A stretch of 64,000 nucleotides of DNA from Candidatus Eiseniibacteriota bacterium (GTDB lineage Bacteria; Eisenbacteria; RBG-16-71-46). The DNA is taken from positions 96,001-160,000 of the forward strand of contig JBBRLX010000002.1 in the NCBI GenBank assembly GCA_038231135.1, in the 5' to 3' direction. Below the pieces are notes generated by a model. That model had not been told where the DNA came from. It did no database searches and saw nothing but the letters and a program-made list of their open reading frames with translations. The position numbers were made by a program, and so were the translations under genes. This document shows positions 48,534-59,523 of this stretch, piece by piece. The stretch's first letter is position 1, and each line of letters begins with the position of its first letter.

Positions 48534-48586
48534 CTGGACTGTGGCTCCAGTGGTCGCGGGTTCGAACCCCGTCATCCACCCCATCT
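48534..48586 (+). repeat. attR core (53 bp, tRNA-His 3' fragment)
   Basis: Exact copy of 44849-44901. Confidence 0.95.
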
Positions 48587-48662
48587 CCTCTGCTGCCGCG
48601 TGATCGGTACCGCCTCGAACGAACGGGAGTGCCGTGTGGGCCATGGGAGCGATGTCCACGCG

Positions 48663-50102
<1,440 letters not shown>

Positions 50103-50165
50103 AACGGCCAGAGCGCAGGCGGCGACGAGGGAATGTCGTTCGGAAGGCCAAACGGGCAACCACGT

Positions 50166-50324
50166 GCCGCGATGTCGTTCAGGGTGAGGTTCCGGAGGCG
50201 GGGACCGAGCGCAGCGCGGGAGAGCAGGGATGCACGGAGCGCTGCGCGAGTAGCGAGGACCCGCCAGGAGGGCGGGGCCGAAGCGTCCCCGCCGGAGGAA
50301 TCTCACCCTGAACGACATCGCGGC
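50166..50324. repeat. 159-bp branched palindromic element between convergent pyk and rdgB
   Basis: 28-bp terminal inverted repeat (one G-T pair), GGA/GGA loop, 9-bp stem, two inner hairpins. Confidence 0.85.
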
Positions 50325-50342
50325 TCGAAAATAAGGGCTGTT

Positions 50343-50948
50343 TCAGCAGCCGCCCGCGCTCACATGCAGCGCCAGCAGCTCGGCCATCGCTCGCACGGCG
50401 CGGGCACGGTGGGAGTATTCGTTCTTCTCGGCGGGTGTGAGTTCGGCGAGGGTGCGGCCGAGCTCGGGGAGTTCGAATACCGGATCGTAGCCGAAGCCTT
50501 CGGTGCCGCGGCGGTCAACGGTGATACGGCCTTCCAGCACGCCTTCGGTGTGGAGCTCGCTGCCGTCCTCGAGCACGGTGACGCAGGCGGTGCGGAACCG
50601 CGCGCGGCGCTGTTCGGGAGCGTGGCCCATCAGCACCTCGAGCAGCCGCCGCACGTTCTCATCGTAGGTCGCGTTGTGGCCCGCGAAGCGCGCGGTGTAG
50701 ATGCCGGGCCGGCCGCCGAGGGCGTCCACCTCGAGCCCGGTGTCGTCGGCGATCGCGGCGAGGCCGGTCAGCGCGTGAGCGCCGCGGGCCTTGAGCCGCG
50801 CGTTGTCGAGCAGCGATTGCCCGGTCTCCGCGGGCGCCGACGCCCCGGCCACGTCGCGCAGGCTCACGAGCTCGAGCTCGGGCATGTCCAGCAGCTGCTT
50901 CAGCTCGCGGAGCTTGTCGAGGTTGAACGTCGCCACCATGAGCTTCAT
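50343..50948 (-). CDS. rdgB: dITP/XTP pyrophosphatase (RdgB/Ham1)
   Basis: ADDTGLEVDAL.G.PG, GFGYDPVF, EKNEYSHR. Confidence 0.95.
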   Translation of the reverse strand: MKLMVATFNLDKLRELKQLLDMPELELVSLRDVAGASAPAETGQSLLDNARLKARGAHALTGLAAIADDTGLEVDALGGRPGIYTARFAGHNATYDENVRRLLEVLMGHAPEQRRARFRTACVTVLEDGSELHTEGVLEGRITVDRRGTEGFGYDPVFELPELGRTLAELTPAEKNEYSHRARAVRAMAELLALHVSAGGC

Positions 50949-51781
50949 GCGCCGGCTCCGTCCGCGTCCGTCGCGACGACCCCGGGGGCCGGGGCCGGCG
51001 GCAGCGGCAGCAGTCCCGAGTCGGTGAGCAGCCGGCGCTGCGCTGCGACGACGCGGCGGATGCCGGCGCGCGCGAGACCCAGCAGCTGGCGCAGTTCGGC
51101 CTCGGAGAACGTGGTGTTCTCGCCGGTGCCCTGCACCTCCACGTACTGGCCGCCGCCCGTCATCACCACGTTCATGTCGACGTGCGCGGTGGAATCCTCG
51201 GGGTAGTCCAGGTCGATGCAGGGGACACCGGCCACGATCCCCACCGAGATCGCCGCCACCGTGTCGCGAAACGGCGGCTTCACCAGGTGATTGCGGTTCG
51301 ACAGCGTGACGAACGCATCGTGGAGCGCCACCAGCGCGCCGTTGATCGACGCGGTGCGCGTGCCGCCATCGGCTTCGAGCACGTCGCAGTCGAGGATGAT
51401 CATGCGCTCGCCGAACGCGGTGAGATCGGTCACCGCCCGCAGGCTGCGCCCGATCAACCGCTGGATCTCCTGTGCGCGGCCGCCGGTCTGCGTGGTGCGC
51501 GGCGTGCGCTCGCCGGTCGCCCGCGGCAGCATGGCGTACTCGGCCGTGACCCAGCCCTTCCCCTGGTTGCGCAGCCACGACGGCACCCGGTCCTCCACGG
51601 TGGCGGTGCACAGCACGCGCGTGCGGCCCATGTGGATCAGTGCCGAGCCTTCGGCGTGGGTGGACACGTGGCGCTCGATCTTGAGCGGACGCAACTGGCG
51701 GGGCTGCCGGCCGTCGTGCCGGAGCACCGGCGCGGGTGCGGCCGCGGCTTGATCGCGGATGGCCTGGGGGGGGCGGGTCAT
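50945..51781 (-). CDS. rph: Ribonuclease PH
   Basis: HAEGS, GWVTAEYAMLP, EIQRLIGRSLR, ADGGTRTASI, DMNVV, EVQGTGE. Confidence 0.97.
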   Translation of the reverse strand: MTRPPQAIRDQAAAAPAPVLRHDGRQPRQLRPLKIERHVSTHAEGSALIHMGRTRVLCTATVEDRVPSWLRNQGKGWVTAEYAMLPRATGERTPRTTQTGGRAQEIQRLIGRSLRAVTDLTAFGERMIILDCDVLEADGGTRTASINGALVALHDAFVTLSNRNHLVKPPFRDTVAAISVGIVAGVPCIDLDYPEDSTAHVDMNVVMTGGGQYVEVQGTGENTTFSEAELRQLLGLARAGIRRVVAAQRRLLTDSGLLPLPPAPAPGVVATDADGAGA

Positions 51782-51902
51782 GATCGTGAAACCATCCTTG
51801 TCGTCGAGAGGTCGATCAGCGCGGTCCTTACGCCCGGACGGAACCAGGCTCAGGGCACAGGGTGGTCGCAGAGTACACCGCCGGGCGCCCCCGGCCCCCG
51901 CC

Positions 51903-52733
51903 TCAATCCCGGGTCACCCGCTCGAACCACGGCAGGTCGGTCTGGTCGACGACCGTGGTGTGCGGGATGTCCTGCCCGAGGAACGAGCGCGCGATGCGGT
52001 CGAAATTGCGCGGCTGATCGCTGACGAAGAACCGGTGGCGCGGCGGGCCGGCCGCCAGCATGCCGCGCTCGCGCAGCAGGATGGCGGTCGAGCGCGCCGC
52101 CTCGGCGCCCGAGTCGACCAGCCGCACGCCCGGTCCCATCAGCTCCGCGATCAGCGGTGCGATCAGCGGGTAGTGGGTGCAGCCGAGGATCAGCAAGTCG
52201 ATGCCGGTGGCGGCGAGCCCCGCCAGGTATTCCACCGCGACCGCGCGGGTGGCGGGGTGATCGAGCCAGCCCTCCTCGATCAGCGGCACGAGCAGCGGGC
52301 AGGCGCGCGATTCCACGCGCGCGGCCGGCGCCAGCGCGCGGATGGCGGAGCCATAGGCGTCGCTGCCGATGGTGCCGAGCGTGCCGATCACGCCGATCCC
52401 GCGCCCGGGGCCCAGGGCGAGCGCGGCGCGCACGGCGGGAGCGATCACGCCGACGACCGGCACCTCGAGACGCTGTGTGAGCGTGTCGAGCGCGTACGAC
52501 GACGAGGTGTTGCACGCCACCAGCACGCACTTCACGTCGTGGCGCACGAGGAACGCCGCGATCTCGAGCGAGAACCGGGTGACGGTCTCGCCCGACTTGC
52601 TGCCGTAGGGCAGCCGCGCGGTGTCGCCGAAATACACCACCGATTCGTCCGGCAGCACGTGGAACAGCTCGCGCACGGCGGTGAGGCCGCCGAGACCGGA
52701 ATCGAACACGCCGATCGGACGCGGATCGCTCAT
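51903..52733 (-). CDS. murI: Glutamate racemase
   Basis: IGVFDSGLGGLT, PYGSK, ACNTSS, LGCTHYP. Confidence 0.97.
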   Translation of the reverse strand: MSDPRPIGVFDSGLGGLTAVRELFHVLPDESVVYFGDTARLPYGSKSGETVTRFSLEIAAFLVRHDVKCVLVACNTSSSYALDTLTQRLEVPVVGVIAPAVRAALALGPGRGIGVIGTLGTIGSDAYGSAIRALAPAARVESRACPLLVPLIEEGWLDHPATRAVAVEYLAGLAATGIDLLILGCTHYPLIAPLIAELMGPGVRLVDSGAEAARSTAILLRERGMLAAGPPRHRFFVSDQPRNFDRIARSFLGQDIPHTTVVDQTDLPWFERVTRD

Positions 52734-52746
52734 GTCGCCGAACGTC

Positions 52747-53283
52747 TCACGGCAGGTCCGCCACGTCGATCGGACGGTCGAGCGGCAGCTGACCGCCGAG
52801 CGTCGGGAGCGGCTGGCCCGCGCACACCAGCATTACCCGCTTCACCTCCGGCAGGTTCGCGGCCAGCGTGCGGGTGACCGAGGCGATCGTCAGGTACTCC
52901 GCGGCCGCGCCGCCGCGGAAGCCGTCGTGAAACGCGCTCGACAGGTCGAGCGTGAGCAGCCCGCGGTCGTCGATGAACACGCGCAGCACCGCGGTCCCCG
53001 CCGGCACCGTGCGCACGCCGCCCGCGTGCGGGCCGCGCTCGAGCTCGTCGAGCAGGAACGTCACGCGGTCGTGGAAATTCTGGGTCTCGAGCTCCTCGCG
53101 CGTCTCGACCGTCAGGCTCTCGCCGCCGGCTGCGGCGAAGTACACCCGCGCCGACTTGAAGCCGGCGGTGGTCGAATCCGCCGCCACGACGCCCTGCGAC
53201 GCCGTGGGCGGCCGCGTCGCGAGCCACGCCACGAGCGCCACCAGGGCTGCGAGCAGGGTCACGAGCAGGGCGCGCCGCGGCAT
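52747..53283 (-). CDS. GerMN-domain protein
   Basis: N-terminal TM, VYF, L.RGP, LDLS, GG...E..TI.S.T.TL..N, TLGG; typical position between amidase and murI. Confidence 0.82.
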   Translation of the reverse strand: MPRRALLVTLLAALVALVAWLATRPPTASQGVVAADSTTAGFKSARVYFAAAGGESLTVETREELETQNFHDRVTFLLDELERGPHAGGVRTVPAGTAVLRVFIDDRGLLTLDLSSAFHDGFRGGAAAEYLTIASVTRTLAANLPEVKRVMLVCAGQPLPTLGGQLPLDRPIDVADLP

Positions 53284-53285
53284 GG

Positions 53286-54770
53286 TCACAGGTTCCGCTG
53301 CCAGGCCTGGATGCCATCGGCGAGCGTGGCCGCCAGCTCCGCGAGGCCGCGCGGCGACAGGATGCGCGCGCGATCCGTGTCGGAGGTGAGCGTGGCGCAT
53401 TCCAGCAGCAGCCCGGGCGCGTTCACGCCGAGCATCGGGTACGGAAGGATCTCGCGCAGCCGGGTGGGCCCCTGCGAGCGCAGCTCGAGCGCCGACAGCA
53501 GGTCGTCCGCCAGCTCGCGTGCCGCCACCGCGTGGCGCAGCGCCACGTCGCGCCACGGCAGCAGCGCGATGACACCGGAGGTCTGCTCGCGCTGCGACGC
53601 GGCGTAGGTCGCCGGCGGGCAGTACGCGGTGGCGCCGTGTGCGGTGCCGCCCGGCAGGCCGTCGAAGTGGAGCGAGATCACGAGGTCGGCGTGCGCGCGG
53701 TTCGCGCGCTCGGCGCGCTCCGCCTCGCTCAGCTCGCGATCGTCCTCGCGGGTCAGCACCACGTGGGTGTTCATGCGACGCTCGAGCTCGGCGCGAACCA
53801 GCCGCGCGAGCGCCAGCGTGAGGTTCTTCTCCACGGCGCCCCCCACCGTGACGCCCGCGTCGGCGCCGCCGTGGCCGGGGTCGAGCACCACGACGCGCAA
53901 CGTGCGCGGCCCCTCGGGCCCCTCGGGCGCGAACGCCTCGAGCCCGGGGGCGCTGCCGCGCACCAGCACCAGCGTCACCCGATGACCGGGCACGTCGGTC
54001 AGCAGCCGGTAGCCCGTGGCCTCGGGCGCCACCGTGATCTCGAACGCGCTGCCCCCGGTGGTGGGGGTCGGCTGCATGGCGCCCGCGAGGCTGCCCGGCG
54101 GCATCGCGTCGGGTACCGCGCCGGCGTAGAACCCGCCGAACCGCACCCGGAAGTGCGCGCGGCTCCGGCCGGCGACCACGACTTCCTCGGGGCGGTCGAC
54201 GACGAACGTGATCTTGGTGGCACCGCCCTCGACCGCGACACGCGGGCCCGTGATGAGCCCGTCCGGCGGCACCCGCAGCACGACCTTGCGCGCGAAATCG
54301 TGGTAGAGCCGCGCGAGCGTGGGCGCGCGCGGCAGCGAATCGACGAGCGCGACCGGCACGAGCAGCTCGCCGGCCACCGACAGCACCTCGGCATCGAGGC
54401 GCACCGTGCGGTCGTCGATCACCACGAACGGATTGCCGACCGTGAGCTGCAGCCGGTGGTCCCGGGCCCGCAGCTCGAGCTTGCGCAGATCGCCGCGCCA
54501 GAACTTGGTCGCGTCGAGCAGGCGCGCGAAGTCGGCCACGCTCAGGTAGTCGGTGCCGCCCACGTCGCGGACCGGCACCGCCTCGGGCCCGGGGCCGCCC
54601 ACGAGCGTGCGCCAGTCGCCGGAGCCGGTCGCGGGCGCCGCGGGCGGTGGTGCCATGGGCGGCGGGGTGACGAGCGGCGCGATCACCCGGCCGTCCTGGC
54701 CGCGCGCGAGGGCACAGGCGAGCGCGGCCGCGGCCACGATCGCGATCCCGGCTGCGATTCGCGCCCTCAT
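53286..54770 (-). CDS. N-acetylmuramoyl-L-alanine amidase (Amidase_3)
   Basis: VVLDPGHGG.D.G, EK, LTR, R...AN, ISLH, LLE. Confidence 0.9.
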   Translation of the reverse strand: MRARIAAGIAIVAAAALACALARGQDGRVIAPLVTPPPMAPPPAAPATGSGDWRTLVGGPGPEAVPVRDVGGTDYLSVADFARLLDATKFWRGDLRKLELRARDHRLQLTVGNPFVVIDDRTVRLDAEVLSVAGELLVPVALVDSLPRAPTLARLYHDFARKVVLRVPPDGLITGPRVAVEGGATKITFVVDRPEEVVVAGRSRAHFRVRFGGFYAGAVPDAMPPGSLAGAMQPTPTTGGSAFEITVAPEATGYRLLTDVPGHRVTLVLVRGSAPGLEAFAPEGPEGPRTLRVVVLDPGHGGADAGVTVGGAVEKNLTLALARLVRAELERRMNTHVVLTREDDRELSEAERAERANRAHADLVISLHFDGLPGGTAHGATAYCPPATYAASQREQTSGVIALLPWRDVALRHAVAARELADDLLSALELRSQGPTRLREILPYPMLGVNAPGLLLECATLTSDTDRARILSPRGLAELAATLADGIQAWQRNL

Positions 54771-54824
54771 GGCCGCGAGTCCGACATCATGCTGTGCGGT
54801 CCGTCGTCATGCGTGTTGGCATTG

Positions 54825-55301
54825 TCATCGATCCCTGCCCCGGCGCGCCCGGTCGATCTCGCGCTTCGAGTCGCGCTCCGCGATCGCCTGGCGCTTGTCG
54901 TGCGTCTTCTTGCCCTTCGCGAGCCCGATCAGCAGCTTCGCCCGCCCGCGGACCGTGAAGTACAGCTTGAGCGGAATCACCGTCAACCCCTTCTGCGCGA
55001 CGCCGCGCCGCAGCTCGTCGATTTCCCGGGCGTGCAGCAGCAGCTTGCGCCGCCGCACCGGATCGAGGTTCCAGCGGTTGCCCTGCTCGTAGGGCGGAAT
55101 GTGGAGCTGCATCACGAACGCCTCGTCGTTCTCGACCGTCGCATAGGCCTCGGCCAGGCTGGCCTTGCCCATGCGCAGGCTCTTCACCTCGGTGCCGGAC
55201 AATACGATCCCGGCTTCGAAGGTTTCGAGGACGAAGTAGTCGTGGCGCGCCCGGCGATTCTGGGCTACGACGCGCTCGTCCGACTCGGGATCATGCGACA
55301 T
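54825..55301 (-). CDS. smpB: SsrA-binding protein
   Basis: NRRARHDY, EAGIVLSGTEVKSLR, RKLLLH, GKKTHDKR. Confidence 0.97.
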   Translation of the reverse strand: MSHDPESDERVVAQNRRARHDYFVLETFEAGIVLSGTEVKSLRMGKASLAEAYATVENDEAFVMQLHIPPYEQGNRWNLDPVRRRKLLLHAREIDELRRGVAQKGLTVIPLKLYFTVRGRAKLLIGLAKGKKTHDKRQAIAERDSKREIDRARRGRDR

Positions 55302-55341
55302 GGCGGCAGCTCGGGCGGGCGGCGCTGATGGAGGAATCGCG

Positions 55342-55428
55342 TGGTGCGGAAGGGGGGATTTGAACCCCCACACCCTTTCGGGCGCTAGAACCTGAATCTA
55401 GTGCGTCTGCCAGTTCCGCCACTTCCGC
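55342..55428 (-). tRNA. tRNA-Leu(CAG)
   Basis: GCGGAAGTGGCGGAACTGGCAGACGC...CTAGA-TT-CAG-GT-TCTAG, long variable arm, ...CTTCCGCACCA. Confidence 0.96.
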
Positions 55429-55486
55429 ACGCGGGCAGGGAATATAGGGAGGCCGGCACGGCATGGTCAACCGGGCCGTGGCCGTT

Positions 55487-56461
55487 TCATGCCCCGCGCT
55501 TGCGGCGCAGCACGCGGTCCGCGGCCGCCACGATGTCGCGTGCCCTCAGCCCGAACGCGTCCATCAACTCGGCCGGTTTGCCGGACTGGCCGAACCGGTC
55601 GTGCACGGCGACGAACTCGATCGGCACCGGGTGGCTCTGCACCACGACCTCGGCCACCGCGCCCCCGAGCCCGCCGTTCACCTGGTGCTCCTCGGCGGTG
55701 ACGAACGCCCCGGTCTCGCGCGCGCAGCGCTCGATCAGCGCGCGGTCGATCGGCTTCACCGTGTGCAGGTTCACGACCCGCGCCGAGATGCCGCTCGCCC
55801 CCAGCTCCTCCGCGGCGCGCAGCGCCTCGTACACCATGACGCCGCACGCGATGATCGTCAGGTCCGTGCCGTCGGCGAACCGCTCGCCCTTCCCGAACGT
55901 GAACGGCGTGTCCTCGCCGGTGACGACCGGGACGTCCTCGCGGCCGAACCGGATGTACACGGGACCCTCGTGCTTCGCGGCCGCGACCGTGGCCTTGTAG
56001 GTCTCCCAGAAGTCGCACGGCACCACGATGCTCATGTTGGGGATCGAGCGGATGATGCTGATCTCCTCCATCGCCTGGTGCGTGGCGCCGTCCGGGCCCA
56101 CCGAGATGCCACCGTGCGCCCCGCCGATCTTCACGTTCAGGTTGCTGTAGGCGACCGTGACGCGGATCTGGTCGGCGGCCCGGCAGCTGGCGAATGCGCC
56201 GTACGTCGCGAAGAACGGGATCTTGCCCATCGCCGCGAGCCCGGCGGCGATGCCGCACATGTTCTGCTCGGCGATGCCGACCTGGATGAAGCGGTCGGGG
56301 AACTTCTCGGCGAAGAAGCTCACCATGGTGGACTCGGTGAGATCGCCGACCAGCACCACGATGCGCGGATCCGCCTGGCCGAGATCCACGAGCGCGCGGC
56401 CGAAGCCCTCGCGGGTCTTCTTCATCTCGACGTGTTCGGGCAGCAGGATCGTGGCGGTCAT
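55487..56461 (-). CDS. Transketolase C-terminal subunit
   Basis: GIAEQNM, GPDGATHQ, YIRFGR, VKPID, EEHQ..GGLG. Confidence 0.93.
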   Translation of the reverse strand: MTATILLPEHVEMKKTREGFGRALVDLGQADPRIVVLVGDLTESTMVSFFAEKFPDRFIQVGIAEQNMCGIAAGLAAMGKIPFFATYGAFASCRAADQIRVTVAYSNLNVKIGGAHGGISVGPDGATHQAMEEISIIRSIPNMSIVVPCDFWETYKATVAAAKHEGPVYIRFGREDVPVVTGEDTPFTFGKGERFADGTDLTIIACGVMVYEALRAAEELGASGISARVVNLHTVKPIDRALIERCARETGAFVTAEEHQVNGGLGGAVAEVVVQSHPVPIEFVAVHDRFGQSGKPAELMDAFGLRARDIVAAADRVLRRKRGA

Positions 56462-56542
56462 GACTCCTCACGGACAGCCCGCGTGCCGCGGGCGCAGAGT
56501 GCGTACTTCACGGGTGGCGAGACTTCCTAACGGACGCGACGC

Positions 56543-57454
56543 TCAACCGGCGAGCAGCCGCGCCGACCATTCCGAATAGCGGGTGCCGAGCTCCTGCAGC
56601 GCCAGCTCCGCCTGCTCGGGCTTGGGCGGCTTGCCGTGCCAGTGATAGTCGTCGGCCATGTACGACACGCCCTGGCCCATCACGGTGTGCGCCAGGATCA
56701 TGCTCGGCTGGCCCTGCGCGCGGCGGGCGTCGGCGAATGCCCGCAGGATGTCGGTCATGTCGTGCCCGTCGCATTCGATCACGTTCCATTCGAACGCCCG
56801 CCATTTGTCCGCCAGCGGCGCGATGCCGAGGATGTCCTCGACGTCGCCGTCGATCTGCTTGCGGTTGTAGTCGATGATCGCGCACACGTTGTCGAGCCGG
56901 TAATGGCCGGCGAACATCGCCGCCTCCCACACCTGGCCCTCCTGCTGTTCGCCGTCTCCCATCACGCAGTAGACCCGCCGCGACAGGTGGTCGATGTTCG
57001 CCGCCATCGCCACCCCGCAGCACACCGACAGCCCCTGCCCGAGGGACCCCGACGACACCTCGATGCCCGGGGTGTCGTGGCGGGACGGATGACCCTGCGC
57101 GTGCCCGTCGAACGCGCGGAATTTCATCAGGTCCTTCAACGGGAAGTAACCGCGCTCCGCCATCAGCGAGTAGATCACCGGCGTGACGTGACCGATCGAG
57201 AAGTGCCAGTAGTCGCGGCCCGGCCACTGGGGATTCGCGGGGTCGACGCTCAGCTCGTTGAAGAACAGCGCGGTGCCGAAGTCGGCGCACGACAACGGTC
57301 CGCCCGAATGCCCGGTCTGCGATTTCGCGAGCAGCGTGATGATGTCGCGGCGCACGTGGAGCGCCATGTCGCGGAGCCGCCCGGCGGGCCATGCCAGGCG
57401 GCCCGGCCGGTGCGCGGCTGCGGAGTCGTTCTCGGAAACCGTGGACGGGGGCAC
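56543..57454 (-). CDS. Transketolase N-terminal subunit
   Basis: GHSGG, QGHP, SGSLGQGLS, GDGEQQEGQVWEA, WHG. Confidence 0.93.
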   Translation of the reverse strand: MPPSTVSENDSAAAHRPGRLAWPAGRLRDMALHVRRDIITLLAKSQTGHSGGPLSCADFGTALFFNELSVDPANPQWPGRDYWHFSIGHVTPVIYSLMAERGYFPLKDLMKFRAFDGHAQGHPSRHDTPGIEVSSGSLGQGLSVCCGVAMAANIDHLSRRVYCVMGDGEQQEGQVWEAAMFAGHYRLDNVCAIIDYNRKQIDGDVEDILGIAPLADKWRAFEWNVIECDGHDMTDILRAFADARRAQGQPSMILAHTVMGQGVSYMADDYHWHGKPPKPEQAELALQELGTRYSEWSARLLAG

Positions 57455-57575
57455 CAGATCCTCCAGTTAAGGGGTGGCGGCGAGCGTCGGTTCAAGGTAC
57501 CCGGCCGAACGCAACCCCGGCAAGAGCCGATCGGCGCTTGACGACCCTTTGGCCCGCGAGGCCTAATCGCGAGCC

Positions 57576-58664
57576 ATGCTCGAACCCACGGCCCCGGAAC
57601 GACCCGCCGACACCGGCACTGCACCCGCCCTGCTCGCCGTCGCCGCGATCGTGGCGCTGGTGCTGCTGTGGGCGCTGCGCGAGCTGGTGGTGCTGGTGGG
57701 CATGTCCGTGCTGCTCGCCTACGTGCTCGACCCGATCGTGAGCGCGCTCGGGCCGCACCATGCCAGGGGGCGCGGCGTGCCGCGTGGCGTGGCGGCGGCG
57801 ATCGTGATGCTGGTGATCGTGATGATCGCGGGGTTCGCGCTGGCGTGGCTGCTGCCGCAGGCGCTGGGCGAGTTGGTGCGGTTCGTCGAACGCGCGCCGA
57901 CGATCATCACCGACATCCTGATCCGGGTGCGGGGCTGGGCGATGGCGAACGGGTTGTCGAACTACATCGACCCGATCACCGACGAGGTGCGGTCGAGCCT
58001 CGCCGGGCTGTCGCACAACATCACCGGGATCGTCGGCGGCGCGATCGCCCGGGTGTTCGGCACCCTGGGCTCGCTGCTCGGGCTCGCGATCCTGCCGTTG
58101 CTGTCGTTCTACCTGCTCGCCGAGCGCGAGGAGGTGAAGCGCAGCGCGTTCCGGTTCATCCCGCCGTTCCTGCACGGCCGCATGCGCTCGACCGCCGACG
58201 CCGTGGACCGCGCGCTGCGCAGCTACGTGCGCGGACAGGCGATCGTGTGCCTGGTCATGGGCACCAGCGTGGGTCTGGCGCTCACGTTGCTGCACTTCCC
58301 GTATTCGCTGTTCCTCGGCATGCTGGTGGGGCTCGCGGAGATCATCCCCTACCTCGGGTTCCTGATGGCCGCGACGACGGTCGTGCTCGTCGGGTTCACG
58401 CTGGCGCCGCTGCAGGCGGTGCTCGGCCTCGGGGCCTACGTGATCATCAACAACCTGGTGGGGGTGTTCGTCACGCCCCGCGTCATGGGGCGTTACCTCG
58501 AGATGCATCCGTACGTGGTGACGATCAGCGTGCTCGCGGGGGCCAAGCTGCTGGGCCCCGGCGGTGTGCTGCTGGCGCTGCCGCTCGCGGCGATCGTGCA
58601 GGCGACGATCTCGCAGTACGCGCAGCCGGTTCCGGCGCCGGACGAGATTATGATTGCCAAGTAG
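57576..58664 (+). CDS. AI-2E (PerM) family transporter
   Basis: LAYVLDP, YVRGQ, IPYLG, PRVMG...HP, LALPLAA. Confidence 0.9.
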   Translation: MLEPTAPERPADTGTAPALLAVAAIVALVLLWALRELVVLVGMSVLLAYVLDPIVSALGPHHARGRGVPRGVAAAIVMLVIVMIAGFALAWLLPQALGELVRFVERAPTIITDILIRVRGWAMANGLSNYIDPITDEVRSSLAGLSHNITGIVGGAIARVFGTLGSLLGLAILPLLSFYLLAEREEVKRSAFRFIPPFLHGRMRSTADAVDRALRSYVRGQAIVCLVMGTSVGLALTLLHFPYSLFLGMLVGLAEIIPYLGFLMAATTVVLVGFTLAPLQAVLGLGAYVIINNLVGVFVTPRVMGRYLEMHPYVVTISVLAGAKLLGPGGVLLALPLAAIVQATISQYAQPVPAPDEIMIAK

Positions 58665-58742
58665 CGTTTGCTCCCGCCGCGACGGGCGGCGTGGTCGCTA
58701 TCCGTGCTTCCACGCCTCCCGGTGCTCGCGGCGGTTTTTGGT

Positions 58743-59474
58743 TCAGCGATAGAGGGTCTTCACGCGGCCCCACGTCACGGGGGCGGCCCGGGTGGTGGCG
58801 CACACGTTTGTCGCGCCGGGGGTCGGGGTGCATCCGGTGCCGGGTGGCGGGGTCGCGCCGGTGTAGGGATCCAGGGCGTCGAACAGCACCCACGCGCCGG
58901 TGCCGTCGGGCAAGCGGCCCACGGCGCGGTCCGCGGCGGCCTCGTGGCTGCCGTAGGCGTATGAATCGACGAGCGTGGTGTCGCCGCCCGCGGCCTGCCA
59001 CAGCATCACCGTGTCGCCGCTGTTGCCGAGCGACAGGCCGAACGACGGATAGCCGTTCGCCTTCTCCCAGTCGAACGACTGCTTGCCGAACACCACGAGA
59101 TGTCCGCCGCCCGCGAGCGTGCCCGTGAGTGCCAGGCGCGGCAGCGTGTCGCCGTCGGTGAGGAAGAACCCCGACAGCTCGAGCGCCGCCGTGCCGGTGT
59201 TCGCCAGCTCGACCCACTCGTCGTCGCGCGACGAGAACGTTCCGCTGCCGTCCCAGTCGCGGGCCGGCCCCGCGACGAGTTCGTTGAGGCGCAGCGAAGT
59301 CACGGCCGTGGCCGTGCGGAAGTGACGGACCGGCGCCGCGGCGCCGGCCGGCTCGGGATCCGCGGCGGCGGCGAATGCCGAGGCGCGGATCGCGAGCGCG
59401 AGCGGCAGGGTGAGCACGAGACCGAAGAGACGACGACCGAACACGGCACGCGCCATGCGCATGACGAACTCCAC
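58743..59474 (-). CDS. Secreted lamin-tail-domain protein with WG-x-K-x-LYR tail
   Basis: Signal peptide, LRLNELV, DEWVELAN, LGNSGDTV, PTPGATN; ends VTWGRVKTLYR. Confidence 0.88.
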   Translation of the reverse strand: MEFVMRMARAVFGRRLFGLVLTLPLALAIRASAFAAAADPEPAGAAAPVRHFRTATAVTSLRLNELVAGPARDWDGSGTFSSRDDEWVELANTGTAALELSGFFLTDGDTLPRLALTGTLAGGGHLVVFGKQSFDWEKANGYPSFGLSLGNSGDTVMLWQAAGGDTTLVDSYAYGSHEAAADRAVGRLPDGTGAWVLFDALDPYTGATPPPGTGCTPTPGATNVCATTRAAPVTWGRVKTLYR

Positions 59475-59523
59475 CGGGGGGCGGTTGTTCGGGGGCGCAT
59501 CGACTGCAACGCCTGGGCGGGCG

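Larger units (their letters stand above)
44849..48586. mobile_element. Approximately 3.7-kb integrative element at tRNA-His, partly decayed
   Basis: Flanked by a 53-bp direct repeat of the tRNA-His 3' part; carries a tyrosine integrase; visibly lower GC than flanks. Confidence 0.92.

Noticed and set aside
48534..48586. Second tRNA-His gene
   Set aside because: Lacks the 5' acceptor strand and D-arm; it is the attR duplication
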